A stretch of 48,984 nucleotides of DNA. It comes from an uncultured Candidatus Saccharibacteria bacterium (GTDB taxonomy: Bacteria; Patescibacteriota; Minisyncoccia; Portnoybacterales; UBA2143). Where the stretch lies: NCBI GenBank assembly GCA_964544485.1, contig CAZJBH010000001.1, positions 1 through 48,984 of the forward strand, in the 5' to 3' direction. This document shows positions 42,549 through 48,984 of this stretch, piece by piece; the stretch's first letter is position 1, and each line of letters begins with the position of its first letter. The notes below the pieces were generated by a model. The model made no database searches. It was not told the DNA's origin and worked only from the letters and a program-made list of their open reading frames with translations. The translations under genes were made by a program, and so were the position numbers.

Positions 42549-43163
42549 ATGTTTGATTTTAATAATTTTGATTTTGAAAAAGAAATTAAAAAAATTAAGA
42601 AACTTAAAGGATATGAAAGAGGCGCTGATTTGATCTTTTTAATAAAATATATTAAACAAAAGCAGGGCGAAAAAGAATACCAGCGACTTAATGGTTTTTT
42701 ATCTGATTATGGAGTTAATCTGCCTAGTTTGGAAAAAATTAATAAAATGGAGTGGATTTCGGTTAGCTTAACTACTTCTTTAATGTTAGGCGTATTAGAG
42801 CTTTTTAATTGGGAAAAAGAAGATATTATTCAGATGGGCAAAGCAGCTGTTTCACTTAATTTTACGGTTAAATTTTTTGTTAAATATTTTTTCTCTGTTG
42901 AAAAAACTCTTAGACAGGCAGCTCAAAATTGGAATAAGTATTTTACTTTTGGCACAATAGAAATTATTGATTATAATAAGCAAGCCAAAAGTATAAAAAT
43001 AAGATTAAAAAATTTTAATCGTCATAAAATAATTTGTTTTTATTTCTTGGGCCTTTTTAGTCAAGTAATTAAAATAGCTACCGGAAAAGAGCGAATAATC
43101 GGAGAAGAGGTTGAATGTTTTTTTGAAGGCGGTCTTTATCATGAATATTTTTTTAAATGGTAA
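42549..43163 (+). CDS. V4R-like small-molecule-binding domain protein (paralogue 1)
   Basis: About 200 aa. ICFYFLGLFSQVI...GEEVECFFEGGLYHEYFF is a V4R-like C..G...E..C pattern. It is paralogous to the next ORF. The track start at 42531 would overlap the exonuclease by 11 nt. Confidence 0.45.
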   Translation: MFDFNNFDFEKEIKKIKKLKGYERGADLIFLIKYIKQKQGEKEYQRLNGFLSDYGVNLPSLEKINKMEWISVSLTTSLMLGVLELFNWEKEDIIQMGKAAVSLNFTVKFFVKYFFSVEKTLRQAAQNWNKYFTFGTIEIIDYNKQAKSIKIRLKNFNRHKIICFYFLGLFSQVIKIATGKERIIGEEVECFFEGGLYHEYFFKW

Positions 43164-43190
43164 AAATTAAAAATTAATCTATTCTTATTT

Positions 43191-43790
43191 ATGTTAGATG
43201 AAAAAACTATAAATGAAATTTTAAAAATTAAAGGGAAAACTAGAGGAGTAGTTTTTCAAACAGATGTTGAATATGTTAAGTATGAAAAAGGCAAAGCTGG
43301 TTTAATTAAACTTAAAAAAGCTGTTCAAGAAATTGGTCAAGATTTGCCGTATGATAAAAAAGCAAGGGCAACTGCCTGGTATCCTTTAAGTTGGCGGGTG
43401 CTTTCTTTAGTATTGATAAAAGATTTATTTAATTGGAACGAAGAAGATATTTTTAAAATGGGCATGTCTGCTCCAAAGCATTCTTTTGTGGTTAAGACTT
43501 TGCTTCGTTATTTCATTTCAATTGAGAAAACTTTTACTGAAAGCGCTAAATATTGGCAGGAACATTATTCAAGAGGAAATTTATCAGCTCCAGAAATTGA
43601 CAATAAAAATGGTCGCTTAGTTATTCGGATTAGCGATTTTAAGGTGCACCCAATTCTTTGTAACTATTTTAAAGGGTATTTTAAAGCGATTTCTCAATTA
43701 GTAGTTCGAAGTGAACAAATGACTATTCAAGAAGCTAAATGCGTATTTAGAGGAGATCCTTTTTGCGAATATATTATTGAATGGGATTAA
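43191..43790 (+). CDS. V4R-like small-molecule-binding domain protein (paralogue 2)
   Basis: LCNYFKGYFKAISQLV...IQEAKCVFRGDPFCEYII matches my memory of the V4R signature C.(F/Y)..G ... E..C...G...C.(F/Y). Confidence 0.5.
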   Translation: MLDEKTINEILKIKGKTRGVVFQTDVEYVKYEKGKAGLIKLKKAVQEIGQDLPYDKKARATAWYPLSWRVLSLVLIKDLFNWNEEDIFKMGMSAPKHSFVVKTLLRYFISIEKTFTESAKYWQEHYSRGNLSAPEIDNKNGRLVIRISDFKVHPILCNYFKGYFKAISQLVVRSEQMTIQEAKCVFRGDPFCEYIIEWD

Positions 43791-43804
43791 TTAATATTTA
43801 AGAA

Positions 43805-45412
43805 ATGACTCAATCGGAGGAACAATTTTTATCAGAACGGCTTTCAGAAGATTTGGAAAATTTAGAAAGATATGTTGAAGAGTTTTCCGTTTTTTTGCCT
43901 TTGCCTATTTGCATGGTTAATCCTTCCGGGATTATAGTTGATGTAAACCAAGCAGCCGTTAGCTTATTAGGTTGGGGCGATATTGAAGTTATTGGACAAG
44001 GATTAGAATTTTTATTTAAAAACAAAAAAAAAGCAAAATTTTTTTTAGACCAAGTTTTTGAAAAAGAATTAGTTAAAAATTATCAACTAGTTTTAGTCAA
44101 TAAGCAAAAAAAAGAGATTCCGGTAAATATTTCAGGCTCAGTTAGAAAAGACCAGGAAGGAAATGTAATTGGCTGCTTTGTGGCAATTTCAGATATTACA
44201 GAATTAAAAAAACTGCAAGAAGAGCTAGAAGAAAAAGTAGCTGAAAGAACTAAGGAGTTAGAAGCAACTGGCCAACAATTACAGAAAATGTTAAAAGAAT
44301 CAAGAAGATCTGAAAAGGCTTTGGCTAATATTGTTAAGGATTTAGATGAGGCTAAAGAACAAGTTCAGGAGGAGAAAAATAAGACTCAAGCAGCTTTAAA
44401 GAGCTTGGTAGATGGATTAATCGTTTTTGACAAAGATAAAAAGATCAGTTTGATTAATCCTGAAGCAGAAAAAATCTTAGAAGTAAAACAAAAACAGATT
44501 TTAGGTAAGCGATTAAAAGATTTAAAAAATCATCCCAAGGTTTTTAAGCTTTATCAAACATTAGGCAATAAATTAGAATGGACTGGTCAGCGTTATGAAT
44601 TTGTTTTAGAGCAGCCTTTAAAAAGATATTATCAAGTAGCAATTACTCCGGTAACCGCGCGTGAAAAGAATATTGGTTTAATGGTAGTTATGCATGATAT
44701 TACCCGTGATAAGGAAATTGAACGGCTAAAAACAGAATTTGTTTCAATTGCCGCTCATCAATTAAGAACTCCTTTGTCAGCGATTAAGTGGACTTTAAAA
44801 ATGTTGCTTGACGGAGATGTTGGCGAGGTTTCTGAAGAACAAAGAAGTTTTCTTGAAAAAGGATATGAAAGCAATGAACGGATGATCAATTTGATTAACG
44901 ATTTATTAAATGTAGCCCGGATTGAAGAAGGACGCTTTCTTTATGAATTAGAAGAAGTATCCTTAGTTGAAATAGTTGAAAAGATTATTAATCTTGTTAA
45001 AAGCGCGGCAAAGCAGAAAAAAATAAAGCTTAATTTTAAAAAGCCTGTTAAAAAAATACCTTTGGTTAAGGTGGATGAAGAAAAAATTGAATTAGTGGTT
45101 CAAAATTTGCTTGATAATGCGATTCGTTATTCAAAAGCAGGCGGAGAGGTGACGGTTTCAGTAGAATATGATAAGATGGGAGTCAGGGTAATGATTCAAG
45201 ATAGCGGGATTGGGATACCTGAAAAGCAGCAGAATAGATTATTCAAGAAATTTTTTAGGGCTGATAACGCGGTTAAGAAAAAAACAGAAGGAACCGGCTT
45301 GGGATTGTTTATTTGTAAAAATATAATTGAAGCCCATGGAGGAAAAATTTGGTTTGAAAGCGAAATTGGCAAGGGAACTACTTTTTGGTTTGTTTTGCCT
45401 GATAAAAAGTAG
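43805..45412 (+). CDS. Soluble PAS-PAS sensor histidine kinase
   Basis: No TM segment. Two PAS-like regions are separated by a coiled coil. H-box FVSIAAHQLRTPLSAI, N-box NLLDNAIRYS, G1 DSGIGIP, G2 GTGLGLFICK. Confidence 0.9.
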   Translation: MTQSEEQFLSERLSEDLENLERYVEEFSVFLPLPICMVNPSGIIVDVNQAAVSLLGWGDIEVIGQGLEFLFKNKKKAKFFLDQVFEKELVKNYQLVLVNKQKKEIPVNISGSVRKDQEGNVIGCFVAISDITELKKLQEELEEKVAERTKELEATGQQLQKMLKESRRSEKALANIVKDLDEAKEQVQEEKNKTQAALKSLVDGLIVFDKDKKISLINPEAEKILEVKQKQILGKRLKDLKNHPKVFKLYQTLGNKLEWTGQRYEFVLEQPLKRYYQVAITPVTAREKNIGLMVVMHDITRDKEIERLKTEFVSIAAHQLRTPLSAIKWTLKMLLDGDVGEVSEEQRSFLEKGYESNERMINLINDLLNVARIEEGRFLYELEEVSLVEIVEKIINLVKSAAKQKKIKLNFKKPVKKIPLVKVDEEKIELVVQNLLDNAIRYSKAGGEVTVSVEYDKMGVRVMIQDSGIGIPEKQQNRLFKKFFRADNAVKKKTEGTGLGLFICKNIIEAHGGKIWFESEIGKGTTFWFVLPDKK

Positions 45413-45490
45413 GATGTTAGACGTTAGATGTTGGATGTTAGACATTAATTCAAATTTTACATCAAACATCAAATATCAAATATCCGACAT
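45412..45490. repeat. Inverted array of heptad repeats filling the kinase-regulator spacer
   Basis: Five tandem heptads ggatgtt agacgtt agatgtt ggatgtt agacatt (45412-45446), a 12-nt spacer, then acatcaa acatcaa atatcaa atatccg acat (45459-45490). The second set is the reverse complement of GAT(G/A)TTT units. Confidence 0.85.
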
Positions 45491-45496
45491 AATCTT

Positions 45497-45871
45497 ATGA
45501 AGAAAATAGTAATTATAGAAGACGAAGAAATTTTACTTAAGCTTTTGGAACAAAAATTAAATAAAGAAGGATATCAGGTTGAAATTGCTCGGAATGGAAA
45601 AGAAGGATTGGAAAAATTAAAAAAGCAAAAGCCTGATTTAGTTTTGCTTGACATTATTATGCCTAAAATGGGAGGATTTGAAGTTATGGAAGAGATTAAA
45701 CAAGATAAGGACTTAAAAGGATTGCCGATTGTAATTATTTCTAATTCCGGTCAGCCAGTTGAGCTTTCTCGAGCTAAGGAATTAGGAGTTAGAGATTGGT
45801 TGATTAAAACTGATTTTGATCCAGAGGAAGTAATTGATAAAGTTAAAAAACAAATAGGTCCGGCAATTTAA
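45497..45871 (+). CDS. Single-domain (REC-only, CheY-like) response regulator
   Basis: IIEDEE, LVLLDIIMP (phospho-acceptor Asp), VIIISN, K in WLIKT. No output domain. Confidence 0.9.
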   Translation: MKKIVIIEDEEILLKLLEQKLNKEGYQVEIARNGKEGLEKLKKQKPDLVLLDIIMPKMGGFEVMEEIKQDKDLKGLPIVIISNSGQPVELSRAKELGVRDWLIKTDFDPEEVIDKVKKQIGPAI

Positions 45872-45919
45872 TTTTATGAGTCGATAAATTAAATTTTTTG
45901 ATAATAAATTAATTAAAAC

Positions 45920-46306
45920 ATGGATCAACAAACAGAAAATCAAAATATCCAAATATTATTAGTAGAAGATGATAAATTTTTAAGAAGTCTTTTATTGCGC
46001 AAATTAGAGAATTTTGGATTTAAAGTTGAAACAGCAATTACTGGAGAAGACGCGCTTAAAAAAGCTAAAGAAGTAATTCCGCAGGTGATTCTTTTAGATT
46101 TAGTTCTTCCCGGAATAGATGGTTTTGAAGTTTTAAAAGGGATTAAAGAAGATGATAAATTAAAACAAATTCCAGTTATAGTTTTGAGTAATTTAGGGCA
46201 GCGGGAAGAAGTTGAAAAGGGACTTCGTTTAGGGGCAGAAGATTATATGATTAAAGCTCATTTTACTCCGGATGAAATTATTAATAAAGTTAAAAAATAC
46301 CTTTAA
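45920..46306 (+). CDS. Single-domain (REC-only) response regulator
   Basis: LLVEDD, VILLDLVLPGIDG, VIVLSN, YMIKA. No output domain. Confidence 0.9.
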   Translation: MDQQTENQNIQILLVEDDKFLRSLLLRKLENFGFKVETAITGEDALKKAKEVIPQVILLDLVLPGIDGFEVLKGIKEDDKLKQIPVIVLSNLGQREEVEKGLRLGAEDYMIKAHFTPDEIINKVKKYL

Positions 46307-46325
46307 TGAAAAGATTTTTTTAAAG

Positions 46326-47354
46326 ATGTTTGGAAAAAATAAAAAATATTTAAAATATTTATTTGTTTTAGCCTTGTTCGGGCTATTTTTTGTTTTGTTT
46401 TTTTATTTTGATCATTCTATTTCAGTTAATCCTGAAGAATCAGAGCCAAAACAGGAAATTTCAGAAGAAATAAGCCGATTAAGCGGATTAGCTTGCCAAA
46501 ATTATAATCAGCGTTCTTTAGCTGTTGTTTTAGCGTCTGATCCGGCAGCTCGTCCCTTGGCTGGATTATCTGTTGCTGATTTAGTTATTGAAATGCCAGT
46601 GATAACCGGAAGCATTACCCGAATGCTTGCTTTTTATACTTGCGCTCAGCCAAATGAAATTGGCTCTTTAAGAAGCGCGCGTCATGATTTTATTCCTTTA
46701 GCTCAAGGCATGGATGCTATTTTAGTTCATTGGGGAGGTTCGCATTTTGCTTTGGATAAATTAGATAACCATGTTATGGATAATATTAACGCGTTAACTA
46801 ATCCTTTTAATTCTTTTTATCGAAAAAATTCAAAACCAGAGCCGCATAATGGATTTACTTCTTTAGAAAATTTGCTCCGCGCAGCAGAAAAATTCAATTA
46901 TCGTTTAGAGAATAATTTTGAAGGATATCTTTTTGATTCTTCTGAGGAACATGCTCAAATATCTAAAGTTTTACGAATTCATTATTCGCGGCCGTACTTG
47001 GTTTCTTATCGTTATGATCCAAAAACTAATTCTTATTTGCGTTTTCGCGATTATCATCAAGAAATAGATGCTAATAATAACCAGCAAGTAGCAGCTAAAA
47101 ATATTGTCATAATGCGAGTAAAATCTGTTCAAATTGAAGGCCCTGATTACAATGATCTGGATTTAGAAGGAAAAGGCGAATGCCAAGTCTATAAAAACGG
47201 CTGGGTTGAAGATTGTTTTTGGCAAAAAAGCGAGAAAAATCCTAAATCTAAGCTTAAATTTATTCATTCTGAAACTAATCAGGAAATTTCTTTTATTCCG
47301 GGCCAAGTTTGGATAGAAATAGTTGAGCCAGGACAAAAAGTGGAATGGGAATAA
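46326..47354 (+). CDS. DUF3048 (YerB-like) membrane-anchored protein
   Basis: N-terminal TM. ARPLAGLSVADLVIEMPVITGSITRMLAFY resembles the DUF3048 core. I prefer the MFGKNKK start at 46326 over 46272, which overlaps the regulator. Confidence 0.55.
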   Translation: MFGKNKKYLKYLFVLALFGLFFVLFFYFDHSISVNPEESEPKQEISEEISRLSGLACQNYNQRSLAVVLASDPAARPLAGLSVADLVIEMPVITGSITRMLAFYTCAQPNEIGSLRSARHDFIPLAQGMDAILVHWGGSHFALDKLDNHVMDNINALTNPFNSFYRKNSKPEPHNGFTSLENLLRAAEKFNYRLENNFEGYLFDSSEEHAQISKVLRIHYSRPYLVSYRYDPKTNSYLRFRDYHQEIDANNNQQVAAKNIVIMRVKSVQIEGPDYNDLDLEGKGECQVYKNGWVEDCFWQKSEKNPKSKLKFIHSETNQEISFIPGQVWIEIVEPGQKVEWE

Positions 47355-47370
47355 TTTATATTTTTAATTT

Positions 47371-48297
47371 ATGATTATTTTACTCTATGGGGCAGATACT
47401 TTTCGTTCCAGAGAAAAATTAAAAGAAGTTGTGAATGAATATCAAGCCAAACATCAATCAGGTCTAAACTTATTGCGTTTTAATAAGCCTAGCATGGAAG
47501 AAATTAGGCAATCAGTTGAAATGGTTTCTATGTTTGAAGAAAAAAAATTATTAATTTTAGAAAATGTTTTAGCTGATAAAAAATTTTCTGAAGATTTTTT
47601 TGCATATGCTAAGAAAAATAAATTAAAAGATAATTCAGAAGTAATTTTGGTTTTTTACCAATCAGATAAATTAGCGATTAGCAAGTTTAAAAAACAATTA
47701 AGCATGCAGCAGGAATTTAAACAATTAAGCGGCTGGGAATTAACTGATTGGGTAAAGAAGCGGGCTAAAAAGCATAGAGCTGAAATAAATAATTTAGCGG
47801 TTAATAAATTAATTGCTTATACAGGCCAGGATTTATGGCAATTAGATAATGAATTGCAGAAATTATCATCCTATAAAGCAGGCGGTTTAGTTCAGCCGGA
47901 AGATGTAGATAAAATGATTAAAGCTAAAGCAGATATAAATATTTTTAAAACTTTGGATGCTTTAGCAGCTAAGGATAAAAAAAAGGCTTTGCGTTTATTG
48001 CATGAACATTTAACAGAGGGAGAAAATGAGATTTACCTTTTATCAATGTTAGTTTATCAGTTGAGAATTTTATTACGCTTAAAAGATTTAATTGACAAAG
48101 GAACTCCATATTCTGAATTAGCTAAAATAACTAAATTACATCCTTATGTAATTAAAAAAAATTCAAGCCAATTAAGGAATTTTTCCATGGATCAGTTAAA
48201 GCGAATTTATCAGAGTTTATTGGAATTGGATTTGCAAATAAAAACAGGCCGTCTAGACGGCCTGATTGGGTTAGATTTATTGATCGGAGAAATTTAA
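47371..48297 (+). CDS. holA: DNA polymerase III delta subunit
   Basis: 308 aa. N-terminal ILLYGADTFRSREKL, and C-terminal helical domain QLRNFSMDQLKRIYQSLLELDLQIKTG. Confidence 0.7.
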   Translation: MIILLYGADTFRSREKLKEVVNEYQAKHQSGLNLLRFNKPSMEEIRQSVEMVSMFEEKKLLILENVLADKKFSEDFFAYAKKNKLKDNSEVILVFYQSDKLAISKFKKQLSMQQEFKQLSGWELTDWVKKRAKKHRAEINNLAVNKLIAYTGQDLWQLDNELQKLSSYKAGGLVQPEDVDKMIKAKADINIFKTLDALAAKDKKKALRLLHEHLTEGENEIYLLSMLVYQLRILLRLKDLIDKGTPYSELAKITKLHPYVIKKNSSQLRNFSMDQLKRIYQSLLELDLQIKTGRLDGLIGLDLLIGEI

Positions 48298-48641
48298 TTT
48301 TTTACTTTTTCAATGATCTGTTTAAAAATTTCTGGTTGTTTTTCAGCTAATTGAGCTAAGATTTTTCGATTAATTTCAATCTTAGCTTTTTTTAATCGAT
48401 TAATAAACTTGCTATAAGTTAATCCGTTTTCTCTCGCTGCTGCATTAATTTTAATTTGCCAAAGCTGGCGAAAATTCTGTTTTTTCTTTTTTCGATCATG
48501 ATAAGCATGCATTAAAGCATGGCGCAATGCGTCTTTAGCTAAGCGATATTTGCTTTTTCTGCCCCATTTATATCCCTTGGTTTGCTTTAATACTTTTTTC
48601 CTTCTTTTATTGGCAGTAGTTCCTCTTTTTACTCTAGTCAT
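48294..48641 (-). CDS. rplT: 50S ribosomal protein L20
   Basis: MTRVKRGTTANKRRKKVLKQTKGY...AYHDRKKKKQNFRQLWQIKINAAARENGLTYSKFI. Confidence 0.95.
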   Translation of the reverse strand: MTRVKRGTTANKRRKKVLKQTKGYKWGRKSKYRLAKDALRHALMHAYHDRKKKKQNFRQLWQIKINAAARENGLTYSKFINRLKKAKIEINRKILAQLAEKQPEIFKQIIEKVKN

Positions 48642-48647
48642 AATATT

Positions 48648-48848
48648 TTAATAATTCGGCAAAAGTTTTTTAATTTTTTTCTTATTATCCATTGAGATTT
48701 GTTTATCTTTTCTTTTGCTTCGAGTTTTATCTCCTGAATCCTTAGCGTTAAAATGGCTTTGATTCAAGCTTCTTCTGAATAATTTTTTAGTTCCGGTAAT
48801 TCTTATTCTTTTGCGGACGCTCTTATTTGTTTTTTGTTGTTTACTCAT
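48648..48848 (-). CDS. rpmI: 50S ribosomal protein L35
   Basis: 66-aa basic protein KTNKSVRKRIRITGTKKLFRR..NQSHF. It lies between infC and rplT. Confidence 0.9.
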   Translation of the reverse strand: MSKQQKTNKSVRKRIRITGTKKLFRRSLNQSHFNAKDSGDKTRSKRKDKQISMDNKKKIKKLLPNY

Positions 48849-48984
48849 ATTTTTTTTCGAATAACCAGGCTGAATCCGCGCGGCTGTCTTTTTATCTCCT
48901 GATCAAATTCTATTTCTATTTCAATAGAGTTTAGAAAATCATTTAATTTTTCTTTAGCTGTATTAAAAAGCGCTTTTTCTCTTC
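48845..48984 (-). CDS. infC: Translation initiation factor IF-3, C-terminal end (truncated by the window edge)
   Basis: My translation is ...REKALFNTAKEKLNDFLNSIEIEIEFDQEIKRQPRGFSLVIRKKI*. The stop TGA overlaps the rpmI ATG (ATGA). The order is the classical infC-rpmI-rplT. Confidence 0.7.
   Translation of the reverse strand, partial: REKALFNTAKEKLNDFLNSIEIEIEFDQEIKRQPRGFSLVIRKKI

Noticed and set aside
42549-43790. H-NOX (haem-NO/O2 sensor) identity for the two roughly 200-aa proteins next to the histidine kinase
   Set aside because: Size and context fit, but I find no Y-x-S-x-R motif or proximal-His context. The C-terminal C..G...E..C...G...C pattern fits V4R better. This still needs a profile search.
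1-48984. Alternative genetic code (UGA recoding), as in some candidate phyla
   Set aside because: Long ORFs with intact conserved motifs close cleanly in the standard code, and TGA is used as a stop (the infC/rpmI ATGA overlap). No recoding is needed.
1-48984. CRISPR arrays, tRNA or rRNA genes
   Set aside because: No regularly spaced direct repeats of 24-40 nt with unique spacers were seen. No intergenic gap contains a tRNA-like GTTCRANYC arm or rRNA-like sequence.

Overview
This is an AT-rich, gene-dense bacterial chromosome segment; I estimate roughly one-third G+C by eye. It reads in the standard genetic code and spans the replication-origin neighbourhood (rpmH-rnpA-yidC-jag on the minus strand, dnaA-dnaN on the plus strand). 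Several traits suggest a reduced-genome Patescibacteria/CPR-like organism, which is an inference and not a search result: short proteins, Cys-rich secreted proteins, type IV pilus parts, a ComEA-LTD fusion, a stand-alone 5'-3' exonuclease and a domain-deleted YebC. Recognisable housekeeping genes are pcrA/uvrD, rsmA, dnaA, dnaN, a class A PBP, tyrS, ruvC, yebC, ruvB, tsaE, holA, rplT, rpmI, the infC 3' end, and rpmH, which the ORF track missed. Six accessory regions stand out. (1) A 10-gene plus-strand operon (5129-15284) encodes a minimal Gram-positive-style type IV secretion-like apparatus (VirB6-like, PrgI/VirB3-like, VirB4 ATPase) with no relaxase, coupling protein or integrase. (2) A tightly coupled 4-gene amidoligase module (27704-32218) encodes a 7TM protein and three different ATP-grasp ligases, one fused to a retropepsin-like protease; it sits downstream of yebC-ruvC. 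(3) One 1001-aa ORF carries two complete PilB/GspE ATPase cores in tandem. (4) A signalling cluster has two V4R-like proteins, a soluble PAS histidine kinase and two REC-only regulators, with an inverted heptad-repeat array filling one intergenic gap. (5) Two unusually G+C-rich intergenic regions (34687-34978 and 37926-38130) are dense in palindromes or helices. (6) A RelE/RHH toxin-antitoxin pair has a consensus promoter and operator. I recognised no rRNA, tRNA, CRISPR array, transposase or integrase. All family assignments come from motif recognition by eye. No alignment or database search was run.
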